Source: Podarcis muralis
Lineage: Eukaryota
Assembly (NCBI RefSeq): GCF_964188315.1
Contig: NC_135655.1
Span: 50,592,001-50,656,000 of the forward strand
Direction of reading: 5' to 3'
Length of the DNA stretch: 64,000 bases
Part shown: positions 12,436 through 23,585 of the stretch, one piece after another
Numbering within the stretch: position 1 is the first letter of the stretch
How the letters are laid out: each line of letters opens with the position of its first letter
Made by a program: the position numbers and the translations under genes
Notes under the pieces: model-generated
Seen by the model: the letters and a program-made list of their open reading frames with translations, nothing else
Told to the model about the DNA's origin: nothing
Database searches by the model: none

Positions 12436-13169
12436 TTATATGTATATAATTTTACATATGAGAGAAGTATTGGTCGCTTCCCCTGCTACCCCTTTTGCTC
12501 CAAGCCACAGTATATTAAGGTCCTATAGCATTGATTAAATCATTGCTCCTCCGATAATGGGCTAAGCCACCTCTTTGCTCCCCCAAACTAGTTTCTCTGG
12601 GGCCATCCCTGCACTGACATGCACATCCCTGGAGCTTGCATATGCTCATCTTTGTAAGCATGATTTGTTACTGCATCTGAATTCAGTCAAAGTGTAACCT
12701 AAGCTGATGTTTTCGAGGAAGATGGCGTTCATGGTGTTCATTACTGTCCTTTATGTATCTGTGGCCAGAAAATTCAGAGCTTTCCCATCTTAATATCCTA
12801 GTGTCATCTATCACTCAGAGCTATGAATATGGAAATTCCATTTAACTTAGAGTGTCTGGAATCAGTCAGTTTTGATACTCAGTCTTCTATTTTATTTATT
12901 GGTTTTTAACCCAGCTGGGTCTGAAATGCAGCTGATGTAAGGATAAAACATATAATAATAAAAATTTAAGAAATTTAGTTAATAAACAACAACACCAGCA
13001 CGCCAACTGTCAGTCAATAATTTCAATAGTTTCTTGCCTCTTGCCATATGATGTTGGGGCAACCATCTGGCCACTTACTGTTGTGTAGCATATTTGTTAA
13101 ATGTGTGGGATGTGAGCCCAGAGGTTCATGGTTTAATTCATGAATGAGGGGCTTGTAACACCCACCCAC

Positions 13170-13279
13170 ACTCAATACTGTTGGATTCCAACTTCCATCA
13201 CTCCCAGCCAAGATGGCCACTTGGGATGATGGGAGTTGTAGTCTCATCACATCTGAGGAACCCATAATTCCCTATCCCT
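13170..13279. mobile_element. hAT-type MITE family A (partial)
   Basis: ggattccaacttccatca...gggatgatgggagttgtagtc...ccctatccctg. Confidence 0.7.
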
Positions 13280-13289
13280 GGTTTCAATC

Positions 13290-13430
13290 TCACTTCAGCC
13301 TTACCTTATAGCCACCTAACATAATAATGCAGATACTGTATACTTTACAGGATTGTTTTTAGGGTTACCAAGGTATTAAACATGAAATGCCTTCAACCCT
13401 TGTAATGTACAGTGCAAATGCTAAGTGTTG
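13290..13430 (+). mobile_element. MIR/CORE-SINE-like remnant
   Basis: ataataat...actttacaggattgtttttagggtt...taaacatgaaatgcc resembles the MIR core and 3' part. Confidence 0.45.
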
Positions 13431-14154
13431 CATAGACTTCCCTGTCTCTGTGCCCAATATAGCTTCCTTGCTCTATAAAGCCTTCCATCTAAGCACACAG
13501 AAATACCATTTTTCACACTAGAGCCCTCTCATATTACAGGTAAATATCACGATCTATAAAAATGTCATCTATGCAGATTTCTCGCACTTGGTTCAGGGGC
13601 ATAAGCAGATAAACACAGGAAGATGGATAAGCATGTCCCAGGCTACCTCTTGGCATTGGCTTTGTTGCATGGTATCAGTTCTGCTCTCTAAAATGTTTAG
13701 GTAGAAGTTCCTCATAAGAGCTGGGGTGACAAGCATTATTCCACACCATGAACAGATTCCAGTAATGGGTTTGTTTGGGGTTTTTTTTAAAGATTTCTAT
13801 GCCCTGGCTTTATGTCAGATTCCTTTGGTTGCCTGCCATTCTCCTGTGTTTGAGCAGGGCTGTGCTTCTAACAGTTGCAGTCTAGCTTGGCAATGTCTTT
13901 GTGGTGCCCTCAGATGACAGCATCATATAGCCTGGTGTATTCTAGTGACTGGGCAGGAGAATGGAGGGAAAGGACAGGTGCCCAATATCACTTGATGCTG
14001 AATAGTTGTCCAATTACCACTTTTTTTTTTTAAAAAAAGGACATTTCTAAAATGCAATCAGGATAATAAAAAGTTGGGCTCCCTTCATTCTTTTGAAGAA
14101 CAATGATAAAGGACCAAAATGTAGGATTCAGAGGGGCCCAGTGGATCAGTTAGT

Positions 14155-14155
<1 letters not shown>

Positions 14156-14196
<41 letters not shown>
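14156..14196. repeat. (CA)n microsatellite
   Basis: About 20 units seen directly. Confidence 0.98.
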
Positions 14197-14199
<3 letters not shown>

Positions 14200-14704
14200 C
14201 TCAGATGTAGGGCCATCCTATATCTGAAGCTTTCCTGCTCTATATCTGTTTAGTAATATAATATAACATTATATCTACGGAAAGGTCACATGGGAAGTGA
14301 TCTTGTGAACGGTTGTTGTCAAAGGTTAACTCATTTGTCTTCAGTGATCTTGACAACATAGACCTTAACTTCTGGAGAAGCAGCTATTCTAAGACACGCT
14401 TGGAATTTTGCAAGGACAGAAATAGTGTTGGATGGGGGTAACTTAATCAGTGAGAACAGTGATTTTAATGAGCAATGGAGCCCAATCTGTTTACTTGGAA
14501 GGAAGTCCCTTTAAAGAAGTGCACATGGGAGCCCTGCCCTGCCTCATAATGTGGAGCAGCCTCAGCCAGAATTTACATGAGAGTAGATGACCAGTGTGCC
14601 AAGGCCACTTTCTCCCTGCTTGGCCTCTCATGCTAGTCCCTTGCAAGGAACTTTCTAGGTTATTCTCCCTGGAAGAAGTACAGGTACGTGCTTGAAGGCA
14701 AACA

Positions 14705-14833
14705 CAGTTTTGTCCCAGCCTGGTGCCTCCAATATGTTTCAGACTACAATTCCCATCAGCCCCATAGTGTTAGCTAAGGCTTATGTGAGCTGCTGTCCAA
14801 AACAGCTGGAGGGTACCAAATTGGGGAAGGCTG
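14705..14833. mobile_element. hAT-type MITE family A
   Basis: cccagcctggtgcctcca...gactacaattcccatcagc...ctggagggtaccaaattggggaaggctg. Confidence 0.75.
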
Positions 14834-15942
14834 AACTGGAGGATAGCTTAGATCTCCTCTTCTAGTGATTTCTCTTTGTATTACCCAGCTGCTGCCTACA
14901 GAGACACCTCCTCCCTCCTGCCTGTGTTCTGGCTTGACAATGCTCAAGTAAAACAGGAATCCATTTAGGTTCCAATTGTCTTTTTCAGCTCCCATGCTTG
15001 CTTTCTCATTTTGCTGAAATGCATACTTTAATTTTCTGAGCGAAGGTGCTTCTTCCAGCTGAGAGACTCTGCGTGCTTGAGCAGCTGAAATCCATCACAT
15101 TCATTCCAGTAAAAAAGGCAAAGAGTCTTGTGGCACATTAAAGGTTAACAAACTGATTATAACATTAGCCTTTGAGGACTAGGGTTCACTTCATCAGATG
15201 CATGAAGTATTATTTTGAGTTACAAGGGGTGGGGAGGTTGTTGACTGTGAGGTCAAGAAAGAAATGAAATACAGAAAGTGCAGGCAGTGATAATTATGTT
15301 ATTAACATTCTCCTTTCATAAAATGATTGTTGATAATAATACAGACAACATAACTGACACAACTAACACCGCTGGGGGGAAAATATTCCAATAAGGAATT
15401 AAGGCCACTTCCATGATATACGGTAGGTTTATGATTAACTGTGTAGCATTTTACCATGTGCAAAGTGCTCTGCAATTGCTAGAAGTCTGTTTTCGTATTT
15501 CTTTGTTTCACCTCCAACATTTTACTCATCCATATAAAGAAAAACAGTGTGCTTGCTTTTGCTTCCTAGGAGATAAATAGTCCATAATGGTGCATGCCTT
15601 TCACGGAGCAATAAGCAGAAGGAGGCACCTGTTGCTAGAAGCCCTCTCTTCTGATGCAACCCTCTCTAGCTTCATGGATGACATATGCGAGGGTGATTGA
15701 AGAACGCAACAGCATCTCTCTGTGCCAACTCTTCTCTTTCTCAGAGAGGTAGAAGGGAGGGAGGTGTAGTTTCTTATGTGGGTAGGAGGGCTTGTCAATG
15801 CCACAACTGGGAGATGATTCAGCCTAATGCAAACTTCAGCAGGGAAAATATATTTCAGGACCATCAAAGCTCTAAAGAGACCCATAGCAGTGGATGGGCA
15901 TGAGCTCATCAACCCATGAGAATTAATGGATCTCCTTCGAGA

Positions 15943-16061
15943 GATGGGATAGGCAACATGGTGACCTGCAGATATTGGTGGACCACAATACCCATCCCTG
16001 ACCATTGGCCATGCTGGCTGGAGTCTAACAACAACAGCTAGAGAGCCACACCTCATCCCAG
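15943..16061. mobile_element. hAT-type MITE family A, diverged
   Basis: cccatccctgaccattggccatgctggctgg core with degenerate arms. Confidence 0.6.
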
Positions 16062-16101
16062 TTCTAGACATTTGTATAATTCTGTCTGCTAGATCCTACC
16101 T

Positions 16102-16430
16102 AAGGTAAGGGACCCCTGACCATTAGGTCCAATCGTGACCGACTCTGGGGTTGCGGCGCTCATCTCGCTTTATTTGCCGAGGGAGCCGGTGTACAACTTC
16201 CGGGTCATGTGGCCAGCCTGACTAAGCCGCTTCTGGCGAACCAGAGCAGCACACGGAAATGCTGTTTACCTTCCTGCTGGAGCAGTACCTATTTATCTAC
16301 TTGCACTTTGATGTGGTTTTGAACTGCTAGGTTGGCAGGAGCTGGGACCAAGCAACAGGAACTCACCCCCGTCGCGGGGATTTGAACCACCGACCTTCTG
16401 AGCGGCAAGGCCTAGGTTCTGTGGTTTAAC
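16102..16430 (-). mobile_element. Sauria SINE, near full length with slight 5' truncation
   Basis: gtaagggacccctgaccattaggtcc...gactctggggttgcggcgctcatctcgc...cggggatttgaaccaccgaccttctgagcggcaag...gtggtttaa is the characteristic lacertid Sauria SINE sequence. Followed by (ctac)n. Confidence 0.92.
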
Positions 16431-16719
16431 TCTACCTACCTACCTACCTGGGTCCAAAAGTTTTGTCGGTAGTAACATTTTTATTAAAGGTTTTCATACT
16501 ACAGTAATAAAATAGCTACAAAAAAGGAAAGAAATAGAATGTGGAGTCCTCTCTGAAGGGTGATTCTTAGCCCTTGCCACCCATAGTAGGTAGTAGCCCC
16601 TCCCAGCTCCCAACTGGGATATTTCATTTCTCCTCCCAGCTTCTCACCCTGGCATGCTGACATTTCCTCGGCTCTCACCCAGAGTCCTCCATCAACCATG
16701 TACCACCAAACGTTTTGGA

Positions 16720-16785
16720 AGCTTTCTCCTAACCTACCTCACAGGGTTATTGTGAAGATGAAATGGAAGGAGGGGAGAACTATAA
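16720..16785 (+). mobile_element. MIR-like CORE SINE fragment
   Basis: aacctacctcacagggttattgtgaagatgaaatgg. Confidence 0.6.
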
Positions 16786-16789
16786 CCCT

Positions 16790-16930
16790 GTGGATAGCTC
16801 AGTCGGTAGAGCATGAGGCTCTGAATCTCAGGGCTGCGAGTTTGAGACCCACATCGGGCAAAAGATTGCTGCATTTCAGCGGGTGGGACTAGATTACACT
16901 TGTGGTCCCTTCTAACTCCACTGTTCTATG
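16790..16930 (+). mobile_element. tRNA-Lys-derived SINE with CR1-like 3' tail
   Basis: ggatagctcagtcggtagagcatgaggctctgaatctcaggg (tRNA-Lys-like head) joined to gggactagattacacttgtggtcccttctaactccactgttctatg (CR1 3' end-like). Confidence 0.85.
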
Positions 16931-17754
16931 TACATTGGCTTGAGCTCCTAGGTGAAAAATATAGTTAATAAACAGAGCAGTTCCCTTGCTGTTCCTATCC
17001 CTCCAATCAACACATTGCTGTCTCCGAGAAAGTACAGAAGTGAACCAGCAACTTAAGCTGAAGGGGTGCAGGACGCATGGAGACCGTTCCTTTTTACCCA
17101 CCGATGTGACTTTGGATGAAAAGAAACCAGCAAATGTATGTCAGGCAGGTGTGCTTGGGCTTCTTTCTTCATTCCCACTCCCCAGCTGGTGGAAAGGCAT
17201 CATGTGCCCCCTCTCCCCCCCCCCCCGGCTCTTTCCAATTACTTAACATGAATAGTTGAGCTGAGGGCAATAATAAATGAGCTGATGCTACCAAGATTCC
17301 TCTTTGCTTTAAGCAGCCCCTGCTCCATCTCAATTAAGGCTTTTTAAAATCCATCCAGATGGCCTAATAGGCCTCATAAAAGTATAATTTGTGTCACAGT
17401 TCAGCGCTGTTTGAAGAATCCCAGCTCAATCACGACAGTAACGTGTCAGCTGTACCTGTCACACATCCGTCTCTATTGATCAAGGAGACGGATAGCAGAG
17501 GGACCCCCCTGACCCAGGAGCCTCCGCAGCAGTCGAGAGGAGATGCCGAGAAGCTGTGCTCACGTGCCGGGAGGCTTGTGCCGTCGCCGTTCACATTTCC
17601 TGCGGGGTGCGGTTGCTTGGTTTCTCCAGCTATTGGCAAATATTGAAGACAAAGCAACTCTTGTGCAAAAATGGACTCTGGTGGAATCAGCAAGAGGACA
17701 GGCATCCCACTGCTGTTCCAGAACCACAAGCAGGTAAAGGAAGTCTGTTTGCAG

Positions 17755-17928
17755 TATTTATTTATAACCCTCTGAATAGCGCAAATGGTGCACTGGGTTC
17801 TTCTTCTCCCCCTCTGTTTTATCCTCAGAACAACCTTGAGAGGTAGGCTATGAGATTCATCGCTTGGTGTGGTTTGAACCTGAGGCTTCCCAGAACTAGC
17901 CGAACACTCTTAACCACTACACCCCACT
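17755..17928 (-). mobile_element. MIR-like CORE SINE
   Basis: ttttatcctcagaacaaccttgagaggtaggct...tttgaacctgagg...actcttaaccactacacc. Confidence 0.7.
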
Positions 17929-18123
17929 AGTGCATGGTTTCCCCTTCCAACCATGCAGCAACCACAGTCAAGATGGAAACAGCTGGGACAACAGCCTTCC
18001 GCTGTTGAGAGCATCCCTTGAGTCAAGTTCCACACCTGGGATGCTTCTGCAGGCAGGGAGCACCACTGCATGGTGGCACCAGTCCTGCACCTATATGGCC
18101 TCTCCTGGAGACATGGTCTATAT

Positions 18124-18259
18124 CAGGCTTCCTCAACCTCGGCCCTCCAGGTGTTTTTGGCCTACAGCTCCCATGATCCCTAGCTAGCTGGACCAGTGGT
18201 CAGAGATGATGGGAACTGTAGTCTCAAAACATCTGGAGGGCCGAGGTTGAGGAAGCCTG
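18124..18259. mobile_element. hAT-type MITE family A, young copy
   Basis: Perfect 27-bp TIR caggcttcctcaacctcggccctccag...ctggagggccgaggttgaggaagcctg; perfect 8-bp TSD gtctatat. Confidence 0.95.
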
Positions 18260-18711
18260 GTCTATATGGTATGGAAAGCCACAAAGATATCAAGGAGCAA
18301 GAGCAAAGTCACACTCCCCTTGTACTGTTCTCTGTGAAGATCATCCATCAGGTGACTGAGGACAACTCAGTCCCATGGCCAGGCTTGAACCCAGATGGAA
18401 ATAGATCTAAATAATCAAAGTCGTCCAAGAATTCTTGCAGCTGCCCCACCACATCTCTCCCCAACACATTCCCCAAGAAGGCGGTCTTTGTGACTGGCTG
18501 GCAGTTGCTCCAGTCCAAGAGTTCCAGCGACAGTTTCTTTCAGAGTAGTTGTACCGCAGCCTCTTTCAAGGGAGCAGGGACCACCATCACCCCTCACACA
18601 ATGAAGCATTAGCCACACTCCTGTTCCAAGAACACATGAATGAAGCCACACCTGTGGCTTGCCTCTCCTTTGCTCTCACTCACAACCTTGTCAGTTGCCA
18701 TCAGGCCAGCA

Positions 18712-18840
18712 TGGCCTTCCTCAATCTTCGATCCCCAGTTGTTGTTGGAGTACAACTCCCATCATCCCTAGCTAGCAAGACCAGGGATGATGGGAGTCAT
18801 AGTCCAACTACATCTGAGGGCCCAAAGTTGAGAAAGGCTG
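18712..18840. mobile_element. hAT-type MITE family A
   Basis: ggagtacaactcccatcatccc...gggatgatgggagtcatagtcc...gttgagaaaggctg. Confidence 0.8.
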
Positions 18841-19989
18841 AGCTTGCACCTCCTACTACAAAGCCCATCCTAAGATAGCTCCCAGGGTTACTGCCAATGA
18901 AAGTGCAGATGCACCAGGGTAATTGAGCCCCTAAAAGTATTGTCACCCCAAGATACTCCTTGAGTTGCTCATGTAGTCAGGCTGGCTCTGGCAACAGAAA
19001 GGAAAACTCATTCCTCCTTTTCGCAGGTTGTGGAAAGAACCCTCGCAGTAATTCTGAGGTTTCTCATAGAGTAATGGATAGGTTAATTGGCTAAAACCAT
19101 CCTGCTAATTTACTAAGAAATACACACTGGTGGTCCATTAATGCAACGGTGTCCTGCTGATAGGTAACCATGTTTTGTCAAACTGAGCTTTTGGTATGCA
19201 GGTGAAACCTGATGGGCAGATTTTTTTATCTGAACCATGTTCTGCTCACCTCTCCAGCTGGCCCTAATCCAGTTCCTACTGAGTGAGCAGAGTTAGCTGC
19301 TGCTTTGAAAGAGACAGGAAAGAGATGGGGTGCTCTGCAGGAGACTTCAGATGAAAGCAGAAGGGAGATTTTGCTTCTGGAAATAGGAAAATCCAGACAA
19401 AGCTGAGTCCTGTGTGCCTGAGATGGATACAGGCATCTGAGTTCCTTAAGGATCTGGCTGCCAGCGGACATTTCTCCTCCTCGGAATCAAGGGGAGAAGA
19501 ATTCAGTGAGGCAAATGCCTTTGCCTTTGATATATTGTTGCTGTGAAACGTAGAATCGGTTTCATTGATTCTGTTGTGGGTCAGGCTTTAAGCCAACTAG
19601 TTCCACCAAGAGCACATCAATGAAGCCAGAATTTTTCCTAGGCAAATTAAAACCCCTCCCACTTGTATCTTATGATACGCTCAGCAGTATAACAGACTGA
19701 ATGGAGCATTGATACCCTTCAGTTGGTTTCATTTTGAATGTTAGACATTTCTTCACACCCTTCCATCTTACAAGTACATCTATGCAACAGATGGCAATTG
19801 GAAGACTCTCCAGAGGGAGTCTAGTAATGCAGTGGATCTCATTCAACTGTCTCTGTGCATCTTCTCCGAAATAGTAGGCAATCTCTTTCTTCCTTTTTCT
19901 TTTTCTTTCAAATGGCTGAGCAGACAACCCCAAACATTTTGACATCCCTAAGCTTCACCTAGTTTGCCTCTATGGTTTGTTTTATTATT

Positions 19990-20560
19990 TTCACCCTGCT
20001 TTTCTATCCCTGGAGACACAAAGTGGCTTACAAGACAGCAATAAAACTAAATATGATAAATAACAATCACCACGCAAACAAACAAAACAGTTTAAAAGAG
20101 CAATCAAGAAAAGCAAGTCCAAAACACCAGCTTAAAAATCCAGCTGCATCAAATTGCAAAAAAACTCAAGAAGCAAAAGCTTGCCAAAAGCAAAACCGTT
20201 TCCAGACTATCATCTAAAAAGCTAAGTAAGAGAGAGAAGGGGCTCAATAGCCCTCCAAGAGGAAGGCAGGGAATCCACCATTCTTGGCACCACCGCCGAA
20301 AAGGCCCTGTATAGGATACCTGCCCATCTGAACTCACACAAAGGTGGGGTCAGAAGCCAAGCCTCAGATGTCAATGTTAGCAAGCAGGAAGTCCTTTAGA
20401 AGAGTCCCTGAGGTAATCTGGATCCCAGTGGCTTAGGGCTTTAAATGCAAAACTTACAGTTTGAACTAAACCAGAAAAAATATAGTCAGCTGAAGCAAAT
20501 GGTGTAGGATTGGGGTAATATAGCTGGGTCAACCCTGGTGAAGGCAAGGTGAGGAGATTG
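19990..20560 (-). mobile_element. L2-class LINE 3' fragment
   Basis: A-rich 3' UTR on the left, then ggaatccaccattcttggcaccaccgccgaaaaggccctg (reverse of RAFS.VVP..W.SLP). Confidence 0.7.
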
Positions 20561-21605
20561 GTAGTTGAAGAATCTCCCATGGAAGGGCCTTGGAAAAATG
20601 GGTGTTCTGTTCAAAACCTCCTGCACTGAAACAGAATCCTCCTGGTAAGTCATGGTGCTTTTGTTCATTTCACCATAATGAGTTTATTTTTTTATTTATT
20701 AAAAGCCTATTTACCCAGCTCTTCAGCCAAAAAGGCTCCCAGAGTGGTTAATTAACACGACGCAAGCAGTGAACAGCAGCGATCAATATCCCTGATCCCG
20801 AGATGCTGCCTAAACACCCAAGAAAAATGTCTGGCAATAAAATCCGGCTGGCTCAAGGAAATGTCATGAGTTAAACGAAAAGCAGGCTATTATCATCATC
20901 ATAATGCACCATAAATGTACAGGGTGCTTTACATTAACACATTAAGAAGAGCGGGGGGGGGGGGAATGGGAGAGTGCCCAGCCTCTGGTATGTTGGAGAG
21001 TTCATAATCTTCAGCTCAACAGAGTGGATGGGGCGAAAAAACAAAGAGTTCAGGGAGGCAGGCAGAGGCCTGGGTACCAGAGGAAGAAATATGTGTTTTC
21101 TGCTTTTGCTTTCCAGTAGGGGAGGAGGGCTAAGCTGCTCCAGAAGCAAAACAGAACTGCCAATCAACCTTGCTTATGGGAAAACTGGTTCTTGTCCCTG
21201 TCACAGTCCAGAGACTGCTCTGGGTGACCCCACCAGGTTGCTACTCTCTGAATGGCTTTGAGGTGACTTTGAACACTCCGGAGGCCAGCCAGATTCCCTA
21301 ACCCTGGTAGCTCCAGCCATCTCTTCCTTTCTTTCCAGTACTCAGAGGGAGGCAGTGCTTCCCAAGCACCAGCAAACAGGCAGGAAATTGTAGTTAACTT
21401 TTTTTCTGAGCTTATAAATGGAAGAGGTGCTAAGGGGTGCTATTTTGAACATCCAAATCCCCTACCCGAATTTTTTTTGGGGGTGTGAACTTGATGTTGT
21501 TTTCTTTCTTTATACAAAAAATTACCTCAGTTCCCTCTCCCCTCCGTAACTGAGAGGCCTGAACCGGCTTACAAAACCACACTGAAACAGAGACACGACA
21601 AATCA

Positions 21606-22410
21606 TAGGATAGGGAACCTGTGGCCCTCCATATGTCATGGGACTACAATTCCCACCATCCTGACTGTTGACCTTGCTGGGTGAGGCTGATGGGAATTGA
21701 AGTTCAACAACATCTGGAGAACCTTGCTTACTAGCAGTACATGTGAAAAGGATCTAGGGGTCTTAGTGGACCAACAAGCTTAACGAGAGTCAACAGTGTG
21801 ATGCAGCAGCAAAAAAAGCTAATGCTGTTCTAGGCTGCATCAACAGTAGTGTCCTGATAAAGGGAAGTAATAGTCCTGCTCTATTCTGCATTGGTCAGAT
21901 TGGGCACCACAATTTAGGAAAGATGTTGACAAGCTGGAATGTATGCAGAGGAGGGTGAACAAGGTGATCAAGGGTCTAGAAACTAAGCCTTACTAGGAGC
22001 TCTTGAAGGAGCTGGATATGTTTCGCCTGGAAAAGAGGAGACTGAGAGGAGACTTGATAGCCACCTTCAAATATCTGAAGGGCTGTCACATGGAAGATGC
22101 AGCAAGCTTGTTTTCTCCTACTCTGAAGGATAGGACTCAAACCAGTGGCTTTACAAGAAAGGAGATTCTGACTAAACATCAGGAAGAACTTGCTGACAGT
22201 ATGAGCTAATCAATGGTGGAACGGTCTCCTTCGGGAGGTTGTGGGCTCTCCTTCATTGGAGGTTTTTAAGCAGAGGTTGGGTGGCCATCTGTCATGGATG
22301 CTTTAGCTGAGATTCCTGCATTGCAGAGGGTTGGACTAGATCACCCTTGGGGTCCCTTCCAACTTTCCCTGTACAATTCTATGATTCTAACTGCAGGTTC
22401 CAGATCCTTG
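21606..22410. mobile_element. hAT-type MITE family A split by a CR1 insertion
   Basis: Left part 21606-21720 ends at catctggaga; the missing right tip (ctgcaggttccagatccttg) resumes at 22391. Confidence 0.6.
21721..22389 (+). mobile_element. 5'-truncated CR1 LINE (ORF2 C-terminus plus 3' UTR)
   Basis: ORF 22003-22209 contains ELDMFRLEKRRLRGDLIATFKYLKGCH, typical of the CR1 ORF2 end. Terminal ggttggactagatcacccttggggtcccttccaact...attctatgattcta. Confidence 0.93.
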
Positions 22411-22608
22411 CTTTGGAATGATCAGAAAAAAACACTCCATGAAACACACCATTCTAGAAGTGCATATCACAAAAAAACTACATCGGTACTCCCTCAGCAA
22501 CGACTAGATTCCTGACACTTAAGGAAACAGAGGCTAAGAGTGGTTTACTCAAGCTCATTGACTGAACCTTAGAAGAAACCTCATGACTATGGAACCAATT
22601 ATCTAGGG

Positions 22609-22746
22609 CAGGTATGGAGAACCTTTGGCCCTCTAAATGTTGCTGAACAACACCTCCCATCATCCCTGGACATTGGCCGTGCTTGCTGGGGATGATGGGA
22701 GTGGTAATTCAGCAGCATCTGGAGGTACAAAGGTTCCCCACAACTG
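22609..22746. mobile_element. hAT-type MITE family A
   Basis: caggtatggagaacctttggccc...catctggaggtacaaaggttccccacaactg; degenerate TSD. Confidence 0.8.
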
Positions 22747-22779
22747 ACCTGGGATGAGAGGTGGGCTCTCCCCCTCCAG

Positions 22780-22795
22780 ACAGCCATCTGCTGGA
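22780..22795 (-). promoter_or_regulatory. Candidate CTCF motif
   Basis: - strand CCAGCAGATGGCTGT against consensus CCASYAGRKGGCRSY (1 mismatch). Motif match only. Confidence 0.3.
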
Positions 22796-23499
22796 GATGC
22801 TCCTCTAGCTCTTTATTCCCTGCGTCACTTATATGGCCCCCTCAAACTCTGTGATTCTATCATATGAATCCATAATATGAATCTATCATATGAATCCTGG
22901 GGAAAGCATTCATTTTTCTAAGGGACCACGCCACTGGCTTTTAGATCCTCTCCAAAATGAATGGGAAGGGTTATTCCTGTTTGGGTGGGGCTGGTTTCTA
23001 CTCAGTGTGCCTTTCTTGTGCAAAAACCGGGTGCTGCTTTTTTGCTGATCCTACACATGCCTGAAGGTCAGCCGCCCTCCTCGCAGCTGGCTGACATTTT
23101 TGTGCCTGGCAATCAAGCTTGATGGGTTCTTTGATGCAGCTGGAAGAGGGCACAGAGTTCTTTTGGCCATTAACAAACTGAGCAGAGCTGCCTGGGGAAC
23201 ATCTAGGAGCTGAACTGCACAAGCAATGAGATGCACAGGAGCTGTGACGGAAGGGCTGGGAAAATCTGTGCACGTTCAGCCCTTGGTGAACTATTTGGAG
23301 GCATCCACTGCAATGTGAACACATGGATAACTGAGTTTGTGGTGCAGTGCCATAATTATATGTGCTTCACCATAGTAGGTGCCCACAACTGCCTTGCTGT
23401 GCGACAGAGGCCATCCTGAACATTGCCCCTGCCTCACAGACACAGCTATTGCATGCATACCCATAGTCATAAGCCTCAGACCTTGGTCAATCTTTTACT

Positions 23500-23585
23500 C
23501 CAGTAATCATGGCGCAATGTGGCCTAAGTCCCATTGTGTTCAATGGTGCTTACTCCCAGAAATGTGTGCATAGAATTGCAGCCTG
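23500..23585. repeat. Family C short palindromic repeat
   Basis: taagtcccattgtgttcaatggtgcttactcccagaaatgtgtgcatagaattgcagcc; opposite orientation to the copy at 7093. Confidence 0.65.

Noticed and set aside
16790-16862. Apparent tRNA-Lys gene
   Set aside because: Anticodon and T-arm are mutated, there is no TTTT terminator, and it runs directly into a CR1-like tail. It is a SINE head.
19300-19430. Protein-looking reading frame (AELAAALKETGKRWGALQETSDESRREILLLEIGKSRQS)
   Set aside because: It is bounded by stops and lacks splice sites or a recognisable parent gene, so a pseudogene call is unsupported.
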